Shown one piece after another: positions 9,515 to 18,246 of a stretch of 52,791 bases of DNA (within the stretch, counting starts at the first letter, position 1; every line of letters begins with the position of its first letter). The stretch lies in IMG/VR virus record IMGVR_UViG_3300035150_000010, positions 1 to 52,791 of that record; one strand, 5' to 3'. The notes under the pieces were generated by a model. It had not been told where the DNA came from. It ran no database searches and saw only the letters and a list, made by a program, of their open reading frames with translations. A program made the position numbers and the translations under genes. The DNA comes from a virus (lineage: Duplodnaviria > Caudoviricetes).

Positions 9515-10245
9515 CAGAATTGCTCCTCGGGCGGCTCGAACAAGCGGGACTCAGGCGGTGCGACAACCTCAATACCAAACTGTGTCGCCTGCCAGATGAA
9601 ATACTGAATACCAGGGCGCTGATATAGATACTCGCTCTTGCTGGCTTGCATAACGCCCCATATCCCGATGCGTGGGATGTTCAGGCGCTGACAATCAACA
9701 ATTGCCTTGGCGAGCATAAAGGCAATGGAAGATGTGAACATGAACGGACAAAACCGCTCTTTCATCTCCGCTTCCGGATATTCTCTTGCTTCCTTGAACC
9801 ACGCAATGTTCTGGCGTTGCAACTCTGCTTGCTCATGAAGATGCTGTATTTGTACGTATTCTTCCTGATTATTGGCCGCATCCAACGGAGGAGCCATCGG
9901 AACACGCATCCACACGCGATGCCCGAAATGCTCAATGGATCTCAGATAGTGGTAAGACCGCGTTTGATCCTGGATCGGGACATGAACCTCGAACCATTCG
10001 TCAACGCGCGGGAGACTGCGCTGTTCGATGTTATGCGGCGAGCAGGCATAGATCAGCCACTTCGGATCATTGAACGGGGCTTGATCAACCGTTGCTGGGT
10101 GCGAGCCAAGCACCGCGATTCCATCGAATTTGGGCTTGGTTTCCTTAGCGTTCGAAACGTCTTCGGCGAATTCCGCTAGATCAAACGCCTTATCCGGCGA
10201 TGTCTCAGCGATCTTATCCGCTGCTTTCTGTGCTTTTTTTGTCAT
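9514..10245 (-). CDS. Putative Maf / sialyltransferase-like glycosyltransferase
   Basis: IAVLGSHP...IYAC and TSSIAFMLAKAI...IGIWGV resemble the two conserved blocks of CstII/GT29/Maf (DUF115)-like folds. Confidence 0.5.
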   Translation of the reverse strand: MTKKAQKAADKIAETSPDKAFDLAEFAEDVSNAKETKPKFDGIAVLGSHPATVDQAPFNDPKWLIYACSPHNIEQRSLPRVDEWFEVHVPIQDQTRSYHYLRSIEHFGHRVWMRVPMAPPLDAANNQEEYVQIQHLHEQAELQRQNIAWFKEAREYPEAEMKERFCPFMFTSSIAFMLAKAIVDCQRLNIPRIGIWGVMQASKSEYLYQRPGIQYFIWQATQFGIEVVAPPESRLFEPPEEQF

Positions 10246-10272
10246 GTCGGGCCTTTGTTGGATTAATTGTAA

Positions 10273-10362
10273 TTAAGAGCGGCCATGATTCGGGTGATAG
10301 CCGTACTCAATTTCTGCATTTTTTCGTGCTGTTATTGCATCCTCGATATCAATAAATAGGCG
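10273..10362 (-). pseudogene. C-terminal remnant of an HNH-AP2 homing endonuclease
   Basis: Translates RLFIDIEDAITARKNAEIEYGYHPNHGRS*; in-frame stop immediately upstream and no start codon. Confidence 0.7.
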
Positions 10363-10686
10363 TTATTATCTTTGACACACCACGCCTTATGGGTGTGTGA
10401 TGCTCCCGTTTACAATCGGGAGGATAAGTTATGAAGCCATTTCAGAGCAAAAGCGTGTTTCATCTGCTTACAATAAAGACGCAGCTTACTTGCTAGAACA
10501 GATCCAAGCGACAAACGGAGAGGTATTACCTCCCCGTTTGTAAGAGGTACACCCGGCGCATCTTTCATGGCTTCACTCCATTAAAAAACCCGGCTCAATG
10601 GCCGGGGCGATATTCTGATTAATCATTTTTGGGCGGCGGTCGCATAAACCATAGGATCGCAGCGCCAACGATGAGAATAGAGCCAA

Positions 10687-10899
10687 TTATTCGGCCTTCA
10701 CCCGGACTAATATCAACGGGGTCAAAAAATATCCCGCTAAATCCTGGCCAAAACCAAGAGCCCAAGTCACAGATTCCCAAGCTATATAACAACCTTCCCA
10801 CTCATCGACCGCCCTGTCGAGGGCGGCTTGTACTGGGCCATCCTCGACAATCTCTAACACTAATTCAAACCTAACTCTTTCGCCCTTTTTCGCGCCCAT
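10687..10899 (-). CDS. Short ORF downstream of the Panacea gene; possible truncated toxin partner
   Basis: Overlaps the end of the antitoxin gene; ...AVDEWEGCYIAWESVTWAL... Confidence 0.35.
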   Translation of the reverse strand: MGAKKGERVRFELVLEIVEDGPVQAALDRAVDEWEGCYIAWESVTWALGFGQDLAGYFLTPLILVRVKAE

Positions 10900-11411
10900 T
10901 CAATAGCTTCGGCGCTAGGCTCTTCTTTAATCCGCGAGGTCAGAAAAGCATGAAAGGGAAGATCCTCACCTTCACGGGCAATCTCCCAACCATAATCATG
11001 GCTTTCTTCACTAATCTCGTTTGCCGTTTTGCCGTTAACGTAATCAATCCACCAATTGACCTGCTTCAATTCTTCGGTCGAGAAAAGGAGAATGTCTGGT
11101 GGCTGATTAGCTTTAAATATCCATACCTGCGGGCCGCGCTCGCCATATGTCTTATGACGTAATTGGGAAATTAAACCTGTTTGCTCAAGCTCATTCCTAA
11201 TAGGCATTATCTGATGCGGGACAGGGCCAAATTTTTCGCGGATGTAGCGAGCACCTGTAATTGATTTTCCGGTAAGCGAAAATGAGCGTGCGTCAGCGAA
11301 CCACAAAACCTTATTAAGCTTCGTAGCGCCAAAACCATCGGCAGCGCCGGCTTTCCATATGATGTAATGGACCAGCGCCTTGAACTTTTCGCGATTGAAT
11401 TTCTCGCTCAT
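10860..11411 (-). CDS. Panacea/SocA/GepA-like (DUF4065) antitoxin-domain protein
   Basis: KFKALVHYI...TKLNKVLWFAD...G.SITG..Y....FGPVP...SEESH..W; likely start MSEKF. Confidence 0.85.
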   Translation of the reverse strand: MSEKFNREKFKALVHYIIWKAGAADGFGATKLNKVLWFADARSFSLTGKSITGARYIREKFGPVPHQIMPIRNELEQTGLISQLRHKTYGERGPQVWIFKANQPPDILLFSTEELKQVNWWIDYVNGKTANEISEESHDYGWEIAREGEDLPFHAFLTSRIKEEPSAEAIEWARKRAKELGLN

Positions 11412-11597
11412 TTTCCTCCTCCTGCGCGGCAACAGAAACCCCGCGCTGGAGTTCTTTCGTCTCAATCATGCATGTTCGCTGCTGTTAACGTCAAAGTTTG
11501 CGCCCCTGTAAAGGCGCGACCCCTGGAAACCCGACAGATCCAGGGGCCGCTAATCTGCGCAGATGTTTTGTTTAAAGTCGGGTTAACTCAAACTGGC

Positions 11598-12473
11598 TTA
11601 GAGGCCAGTATCACGCGGAGCCGAGACGTTGATCCAGTCAACATCCACATACTGCGCACCACCTGTGTCACCCCATACAAGGACAGTCGGGGTTAGCGCG
11701 GTTGACATGGCGATGGGACTTGCAATCGAGCCGGCCGCAACGCCGTTGACATAGAAGGTCGCAGTGCCGCCCGTATCAGAAATGCCGTGATGCACTTCGA
11801 CTTCCAGCGTGTCATAGATGCCCATGGTAACGCCGGTGTCGAGAACGACTGGCGTCCGATCCGTATTACCGTTCACTGCATAGCCGACCCAGCCGGTATC
11901 ACCACCGCCCTTGGAAGCAAAGCCAATACCAACAGCATTGGTAGCCGGAGAGACAATCGCGCCGCCCGTATCGATGACCGGGATTTCCGTAGCGTCCAGC
12001 GTATCGGTAAAACCCATCCAGACGTTGATTGAGTTGTTGCCGGTGTCATTGGTCCAGTGCGCTTTCAGGCGAGCGCCCATGCGAAGACCGTTCTTGGTAT
12101 CGGTCGGAATAGAACCCTGATTGCCCTTCCATGCGAGGTTCTGGGTGATACCCATGCGGGCATCGGCCTTGGGCGTATCGCCGAGGCTAATGCGCAGAAT
12201 GCCGCTAGTGCCAGGAGCCACGACAACGTTGGAACCGGTATCAGTGCCGGTGTCGCCATCGACAACCCGCCAATTCGGATCGGTGTTGCCACGAATGGCG
12301 CGGCCAGTATCACCGATGAAATCGTCAAAGACAGCCACGGTGTCAGGAGAAGAGTGAACGATGACAGGCTTACCTTCGCCACCAGAGACAAAGCCCTTGT
12401 AGGCGATAACCTGATCATCCTTTGACAGGCCTAGCACCCTGCGGTGTAGACCCTTGAGGATTGAGATAGACAT
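11598..12473 (-). CDS. Probable virion surface protein, beta-sandwich (lectin-like), with 10 DTG motifs
   Basis: FDDF...ATFYVNG...VDVDWI jelly-roll pattern; located in the late operon; DTG x10. Confidence 0.65.
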   Translation of the reverse strand: MSISILKGLHRRVLGLSKDDQVIAYKGFVSGGEGKPVIVHSSPDTVAVFDDFIGDTGRAIRGNTDPNWRVVDGDTGTDTGSNVVVAPGTSGILRISLGDTPKADARMGITQNLAWKGNQGSIPTDTKNGLRMGARLKAHWTNDTGNNSINVWMGFTDTLDATEIPVIDTGGAIVSPATNAVGIGFASKGGGDTGWVGYAVNGNTDRTPVVLDTGVTMGIYDTLEVEVHHGISDTGGTATFYVNGVAAGSIASPIAMSTALTPTVLVWGDTGGAQYVDVDWINVSAPRDTGL

Positions 12474-12594
12474 GTGATTTCCTTACTGATTGCTTATTGC
12501 TTCGGATGTCAGGTTATGCCGGGTTACTAATCAAAAGTTGCGGTGGTTTATATAACCCCGTGATTTTAAGCATTTCTGCTACTTATGATTGTTT

Positions 12595-13002
12595 TTATGC
12601 AGATATGATGGTCAAATCGGCACCATTAAGCCCCTTGGTGCCATCTGCCCACTGGATTTCCCTCAAGTCGCCATCTTCACCACGCGTGTCGAACAGCTCA
12701 CCAGTAACCTGATCGGCATTGATAAGCTGCCCATCCTTGCCGCGAACAAACCCACTGCCATCGATGTAGAACTTGTGGTCGACCTTTTGAGCCTGCGCCT
12801 TCCTTGGACGTCCAGGCTTTCTCTTGACAGGTGTTGGAGCGCTGGGCTCGGTCGCGGTGTCCTCGTATCCGTAGGCTGTTTGCAGGGCCATAGCCATGAG
12901 GTTTAGCCAAGCTTCTTGCTGGCTTGCTGAGAACTTGTCGCCCTCGTTCGGGAGCTTGGAAACCAGTGCATTGATGAGGGGATCGCGCTTCTTACGGCTC
13001 AT
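12595..13002 (-). CDS. Hypothetical protein
   Basis: 135 aa ORF translationally coupled to its upstream neighbour; AT-hook-like KPGRPRK. Confidence 0.6.
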   Translation of the reverse strand: MSRKKRDPLINALVSKLPNEGDKFSASQQEAWLNLMAMALQTAYGYEDTATEPSAPTPVKRKPGRPRKAQAQKVDHKFYIDGSGFVRGKDGQLINADQVTGELFDTRGEDGDLREIQWADGTKGLNGADLTIISA

Positions 13003-13136
13003 GACTTCTTCTTTTTCTTCTTACCGGCTTCCGACATTGCGATAGCGATGGCCTGCTTCTGAGGTCTGCCGGATTTCATCAGCTCGGAAATGTTCTGAGC
13101 GATTGTCTTGCGGCTCTTGCCTTTCTTGAGAGGCAT
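12999..13136 (-). CDS. Small basic phage peptide ([45 protein letters not shown])
   Basis: 45 aa ORF read by hand; MPLKKG..QAIAIA pattern common near phage packaging genes. Confidence 0.75.
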   Translation of the reverse strand: MPLKKGKSRKTIAQNISELMKSGRPQKQAIAIAMSEAGKKKKKKS

Positions 13137-13139
13137 TAA

Positions 13140-13523
13140 TCACTGCCTTGTATAGAGGTGAAGGTGGACTTCCTTCCCGGTATCAGTCGCCAGCCCTTGG
13201 ACGCTGACCTTGACTTTCTCACCTGCCAGAGCAAACGGCAAGTAGGACGTCGCGGTAATTGCCCCACCAGTGTCCATCATTGGGGCCTGGATATGTCGCA
13301 TCCAGGACGTCCCATTTGGCACCAAGTGGAAGACGCTCAGAACAGGCCCACCCTCGCCGGTATCAAGCTGCATGGTGACGACAGCGCCCGTATCGGCGCG
13401 AACGCCAGTATCGGCAGCATAGTAGGAAATCTGCTCAAGCTGACCATTCAGTGTCCCGCTGACGGTGGAAGCGTTTGCCCCTGTGTCCGTTGTCAAAACG
13501 AGATGATGCCTTGTGACTGTCAT
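13140..13523 (-). CDS. Probable virion surface/decoration protein with 6 DTG motifs
   Basis: Beta-rich 127 aa ORF coupled to TerS; DTG x6. Confidence 0.6.
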   Translation of the reverse strand: MTVTRHHLVLTTDTGANASTVSGTLNGQLEQISYYAADTGVRADTGAVVTMQLDTGEGGPVLSVFHLVPNGTSWMRHIQAPMMDTGGAITATSYLPFALAGEKVKVSVQGLATDTGKEVHLHLYTRQ

Positions 13524-14035
13524 TCTTCTGTCCCTTCATCATCTATCTTGGCGTCGCCTAGCACGGAAAGAATTGCCCTTGCGAGCTGGCGCGGGTCTGT
13601 GTCTGCGTTGCTGTCGATCTTACCATCGTGCTTGATATCAAGCTTTTCGCCATATTTTTTCGGGAGCAGTTTGGAAGCAACCCACTTCCTTGAATCAACA
13701 CGAAGCTTTGAGCGCTGGATAGCTTCACCGTTAACGGACCATCCAATATTTTCGCCGTCCGCGTTCTTGCGCTCCATCCAATCATTCGAACCATCGTCTG
13801 AGATATCCATAATCTCGTCGGCCAGAACTTCGGCTTGAGCCTCACGTGATTGCGCGTATTGGTCGCGGAATTCCTCGTGTTTTGCAATCCAACGAAAGAC
13901 AGTTGCCCTGTTTGGCATGTCCTCATCGGAGCATATAGACCGCAAGCTTTCTCCATCGCAGATACGCTCACAAATGTCATCGCCGAGTTCTGGCGTGAAA
14001 TCTGTTGGTCTACCTACTTTAGCCATTGAATGCAC
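13520..14035 (-). CDS. terS: Terminase small subunit (Sf6 gp1-like)
   Basis: GRPTDFTPEL...ICERI..GESLRSIC...MP...TVFRW...RKW.ASKL.PKKYG. Confidence 0.92.
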   Translation of the reverse strand: MHSMAKVGRPTDFTPELGDDICERICDGESLRSICSDEDMPNRATVFRWIAKHEEFRDQYAQSREAQAEVLADEIMDISDDGSNDWMERKNADGENIGWSVNGEAIQRSKLRVDSRKWVASKLLPKKYGEKLDIKHDGKIDSNADTDPRQLARAILSVLGDAKIDDEGTEE

Positions 14036-14229
14036 CTTACTTTCGGGCGGCCTTGGCTTCAGCGTCAGCGAGCTTTTCCATGCGTTCCAGCTTTTCCTGG
14101 GTCTTTTTGCTCATTGTCTTTGCCATTGTATGTATCCTTGAATGAAGAAACCCACCAGACTGGTTAAGACTGACGGGCTTAAGAGGACTAGTGCGTACCA
14201 ATGGCAGTGGCACTAGCCATGTTTTGTTT

Positions 14230-14319
14230 CGGCGCTGCGGGGCGCTCATCTCCGCTGTCTGCATTCCTCAGGCGTCAAATCCTGATATTCTAGCACCGAA
14301 CTGTTTTGCCCTATTGGGC
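14230..14319 (-). ncRNA. tRNA-sized structured RNA unit plus conserved spacer (distal part of the late-leader array)
   Basis: 7-bp closing stem CGGUGCU/AGCGCCG with internal hairpins, preceded by GCCCAAUAGGGC-AAAACAGUU spacer. Confidence 0.45.
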
Positions 14320-14339
14320 TTTTAATGCTTCAGGGATCA

Positions 14340-15456
14340 CCAGAACAGGACAGCCGGTCCATTATCTGAAAGAGCCCTTCGCACCCTGTCAACGCACACT
14401 TCATAGATAACCGACTGCTGACTATGCCGTATGTGCCTCACGCCTGGGTCAGGCTTAGAAGGAGGAATCCAACCATGACGCAGCCTTTAAACATACGCTT
14501 CGCAGCCACTGACGCAGAGGTGATAGTTGTCGATGGCACCGCGCTCTTGGTCTTTGACACTGACAAGGACGGCCGGGTTGGCGTGGAAATGCCTCGGTCC
14601 GTTTGCGAGCATCTAAGCGAGCAATTGCAGTCATCTCTAATTTCCTCAATCGATCCTTCTGATCACAAGTAAAGATCGTAGTCATGTTTGACCTCACTAA
14701 TCCGATTTACTCTGACGCTGATAAAGCTCGCGAACATCTCGAAGCCATCCATTGGCCCGATGGTCCGATTTGCCCGCATTGCGGTAACTGTGACCAGAAG
14801 CGCATCACCAAGCTTCAAGGAAAGTCCACCCGACCCGGCGTGTTTAAGTGCAAGGAGTGCCGTAAGCCCTTTTCCGTGACTGTCGGCACCGTCTTTGAGC
14901 GCTCCAAAATCCCGCTCAACAAGTGGGTACTGGCAACGCATTTGATGGCAGCTTCCAAGAAAGGAATTTCAGCCCACCAGCTACACCGCATGCTTGGCGT
15001 TACCTACAAAACCGCTTGGTTTATGGCCCATCGCATCCGTGAGGCAATGGCACCATCTACGTTACTAGCTGCCCGCCAAAACGCTGAGTACCCATCAGTT
15101 AACCTTTGGCGGGCAGCTAGCCCCGCGGCACGGACCTGTTTTTGACCCGCTCAGACCGGATAACTAAAACAGCCTCTCCGTCGAGTAGCAGGGACGCACT
15201 GAAAAAAACGTCAAGCAGCTATCCAGATGATGTATGAATACGGATCAGATGGGGTTTTAGGCGAAGGAGCATCAGTTGAGCCACTTCCTTTAAGTCTATG
15301 GCCGCATCCATTTCGGGATCGCCCTGTCCTAATCCATCGCTAATCTGAAATAGTCGAAGCTGCTCCGCGAGCGCCTCTATCATCTCCGGCGTGACCTCGA
15401 TTTCCTCAAGGGAATCAGACTTATCGCAATCTTGGTACGTCACGTATATAATTCCC
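14340..15456 (+). mobile_element. IS1595-family element remnant with small passenger ORFs (left boundary uncertain)
   Basis: Truncated transposase; candidate right inverted repeat GGTACGTCACGTATATAATTCCC at 15434-15456; matching left IR not clearly found. Confidence 0.55.
14684..15145 (+). pseudogene. IS1595-family transposase, truncated (Zn ribbon and HTH only, DDE domain missing)
   Basis: WPDGPICPHCG...CKECRKPFSVTVGTVFERSKIPL...KKGISAHQLHR..GVTYKTAWFMAHRIREAM, then similarity is lost. Confidence 0.9.
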
Positions 15457-15464
15457 CCCCCCCT

Positions 15465-15990
15465 TAATCGGGCTCCAAGTGCTTACCTAATTTGCGGTCA
15501 CCGGATTGCCGTCGCACCGAACTGTTGTGCCCATTGGGCGAATGGCTACGGGGGCTTGCCTAAACCGTCGCAGATAGGAGACGCGCCCCCGTGGCGCTCT
15601 TTCTCCACTTGTTCCCCTTGAAGCGAATTCACGCATTGGGGTGATAGCGCCATTACAGCACCCGGATTGCTTTAGCCAAACCCTCGCCCTTGGTTACCTG
15701 CCGGGCCAACCCTCCATGTAGGAGGGAAGCTGCACTTAGAGCCGGGCTAAACTGTGTTTGCCTTTCGGCGAATTAATCAGGCAGGTGACTTCGCGTCTGC
15801 CGTGATCTGAACTGTCTGTCACCAACACTCAGATATTCCGACAGGGCCTATGCCTGAACTCGTTGCCATCTCTGGCTAAACTGTATTTTGCAGAGCTGCC
15901 CCGGCTCCGGGGGTGCTGATACACGCAGACGGTTAGATCCAGTGTAACGCGATGTCGGCTCTAACCAGCCGCAGCTCTGCAAAATACAAT
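15465..15990 (-). ncRNA. Array of structured, tRNA-sized RNA units separated by hairpin-AGUU spacers
   Basis: 18-bp closing stem 15882-15899/15971-15988; CAGGCA/UGCCUG unit at 15778-15856; repeated GC mini-hairpin plus A-rich-AGUU spacers; no convincing ORF. Confidence 0.55.
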
Positions 15991-16035
15991 CTCAACCGCA
16001 CTTCGTGCGACCTTACTTATTTCACAAAATCACAT

Positions 16036-16641
16036 TTATCCCCTTGCGTCAACTTCACCCCGTGGGATTTGAAAATAATCAACAAGTAGGTCTAACCCTG
16101 TCGTTAGTTTATTGATTTGATGACAGGGCCACGCGCCGCAATCAACGTCGTCTTTCACTACGTTATGAACGATTGTAGCCACGTCCCTTCCCATTGAATT
16201 TACCGCAATAAATGAATCTTGCATCTGGTTTATGATGCGACCGACAAAATCACTATCGAAATCCGCATCACTCTTTCCCCGAAGTTCGGCCATTAATTCG
16301 ACTGATCTTGGGAATGGGCTCGGAATGCCCTTAATCCTGGCAAAGGAAACGCAAACCCGCTGGTATTGCTGCCCAGCTTCGAGATGGGATTTCTTTATCT
16401 GTCCGCGTTCATAAGCTCGGCCTATCGCGCTTTCCCAATTCGCGCTCTCTACGTTGTTTGAATTTGCCCCCATTCGCCTTCTGTTGCGATGGGCTATCGC
16501 TTTTATCTCTGATACCTTCTCACGCTGTAATTGGCCGTTTGGCTCTCGTTTTCCTGCCTTACGTGCTCTTTGACGCGATCTAGCCATTGCCGCCCCTGCG
16601 TTATTTTTTTGTATCAGATGACTTCTTGCGCAATGATACAT
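16036..16641 (-). CDS. Putative late transcription regulator/antiterminator
   Basis: RKAGKREPNG N-terminus; last early gene before the late leader (Q-like position). Confidence 0.5.
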   Translation of the reverse strand: MYHCARSHLIQKNNAGAAMARSRQRARKAGKREPNGQLQREKVSEIKAIAHRNRRRMGANSNNVESANWESAIGRAYERGQIKKSHLEAGQQYQRVCVSFARIKGIPSPFPRSVELMAELRGKSDADFDSDFVGRIINQMQDSFIAVNSMGRDVATIVHNVVKDDVDCGAWPCHQINKLTTGLDLLVDYFQIPRGEVDARG

Positions 16642-16825
16642 ATCATCGATGCGTTTTCAACTGTTCGTCTATGATTTTTGTGCCTTTATACAAGGCTCTG
16701 ATGAACAGGAAAGCGACGATCCCAAGAGTGATAGATGCAAGCCACATAGTTCAATCCTCGTCTCCGCAAATTTCATGGACTGCCGTTTGCTTCTGGCACG
16801 TAAGGCCAACTTAGTTGCGATGAGC

Positions 16826-17125
16826 CTAAGCATTGTCAAACGCCAGGTTCAATGCGGATTCAATGCGATCCTTGACCCGTTTCAAATCAGCCAAGGCTTC
16901 TTCCGTCTGCTTTTTGACGTGCTCAAATTCGGCAATGTCGCTCTCGACAAGTGCCAGCTTTGATTGCAGATTGTCAATAAACAGTTGCTCTTGTGTCGGT
17001 TCCGGCTCGCGTTGTGGCAAATCTCCACTTTCAACCAGCTTTATTGCATTGAAGTCAATCGGCTCAAAACCGTCATCCTCGACTTCATCCATGTTCTTCA
17101 GGTCTTCTGCTGTTAGGTGTGTCAT
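16826..17125 (-). CDS. Coiled-coil hypothetical protein
   Basis: GAGGAG RBS; heptad pattern. Confidence 0.6.
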   Translation of the reverse strand: MTHLTAEDLKNMDEVEDDGFEPIDFNAIKLVESGDLPQREPEPTQEQLFIDNLQSKLALVESDIAEFEHVKKQTEEALADLKRVKDRIESALNLAFDNA

Positions 17126-17137
17126 ATTAAATGCTCC

Positions 17138-17683
17138 TCAAAAATAATGACCATTGCTTCTGACTTCGGCGTGCTGCCGTTCAAACTTCCATGCGTTGCG
17201 CTGTGCCGCTGCGATATTATCCGCTCCAAAACTCTCTGACCGCAGCCTAATGTTAGCCTGGATTAAATTGTGTTTGTATTCCTTGTTATGATGGTATTTC
17301 AAAGCGTTAAGGTGCCTCTTGCATTCCATCTTTAGCTTTTTTCGTTCATCGCTCATATCGACAACAGCCGCCTTTAGTGGGCCATCCGGCGCGACTGGCT
17401 CAATAAGCTCTTCGCCACGCAATCCCCTTTGCCATCTTGAAGCAACTGTCCGAGGATTTAGACCGTACTTGTCTGCAAGCATCGTGTACGTGCATTGCTT
17501 GCCATTATACTCGATTAGACCTTCATGACGAACTATATCCCTGCCGTGCTTGTTTCTGCTGATTCGCCACAAAATTACCTCAGTGGAAATTTTGAAATAA
17601 ACACTAGCTGACCGGACCGTGTACATTTTTCCAGAAACACAGAATTCAGTTTCAAGTGGTTCAAATGCATTGATGTAAGCCAT
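17138..17683 (-). CDS. DNA-binding protein with tandem HTH-like repeats
   Basis: YNGKQCT..MLADKYGLN..TV.SRW.RG repeat; GAGGAG RBS. Confidence 0.55.
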   Translation of the reverse strand: MAYINAFEPLETEFCVSGKMYTVRSASVYFKISTEVILWRISRNKHGRDIVRHEGLIEYNGKQCTYTMLADKYGLNPRTVASRWQRGLRGEELIEPVAPDGPLKAAVVDMSDERKKLKMECKRHLNALKYHHNKEYKHNLIQANIRLRSESFGADNIAAAQRNAWKFERQHAEVRSNGHYF

Positions 17684-17887
17684 TCTAGCTTGCTCCTCAG
17701 CTTTCCCTCTCGATCTCGAAGTCTTTCAGCCCGAACGCACGGGCCTTGCGCATACCGTCCCCGCGACTAGTGACACGCCACCAACGGCCGGTCTTGCAGA
17801 AGCTTAGGATGAAGTAGGTCATCGTCTGTCCTTCCAATCGCGTCCTGTTTGCGGGACGGCTTTTCTCTGCCGTCCCACACATAAAAT

Positions 17888-18238
17888 TCAGTCTGCCACG
17901 CGGCGCGCCTGCTCGGCAAACGGGTCAAACTCGCGCGACACGCGAAATTCGTAGACGCCTGGATCGAGATCATAGCCGCCGTGGGCATTTCCAGCATCCT
18001 GGATAAACGATGCTGGATCTTCCAGAATGCCATAGAAGATCTGCATACCTGCAGGAACGTCATTCATCCGCTCCATCACGTCTCCGCCTGTAAGGAGGTG
18101 GTGGTGACCACTTTCCGAATGGGAAACGATAAAACCTTTTTCCACGCGTTCAGCAGCACGGGTTTTGATATTTTCGGGCAGTGCATCGATTTTGATAATG
18201 CGGACTTCGCCCTGCTGACCAATAAGCTGTTTCATTTC
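17888..18238 (-). CDS. Conserved phage protein (QGEV...HSESGHHH...PGVYE..VSREFDP), usual partner of DUF6745-like genes
   Basis: Probable start MKQLIGQQG within ORF 17888-18391. Confidence 0.7.
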   Translation of the reverse strand, partial: EMKQLIGQQGEVRIIKIDALPENIKTRAAERVEKGFIVSHSESGHHHLLTGGDVMERMNDVPAGMQIFYGILEDPASFIQDAGNAHGGYDLDPGVYEFRVSREFDPFAEQARRVAD

Positions 18239-18246
18239 ATATCCTC

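Noticed and set aside
5377-10245. Enzyme cluster as a DNA hypermodification or host serotype-conversion locus
   Set aside because: Not excluded but less favoured. It sits in the late packaging operon, there is no DNA polymerase, hydroxymethylase or TET/JBP partner, and no membrane GT or flippase.
10359-10382. Possible IS1595-like terminal inverted repeat at the HNH-AP2 truncation point (similar hints near 12543-12560 and 14395-14414)
   Set aside because: I could not pair these with convincing partner repeats or target duplications by eye.
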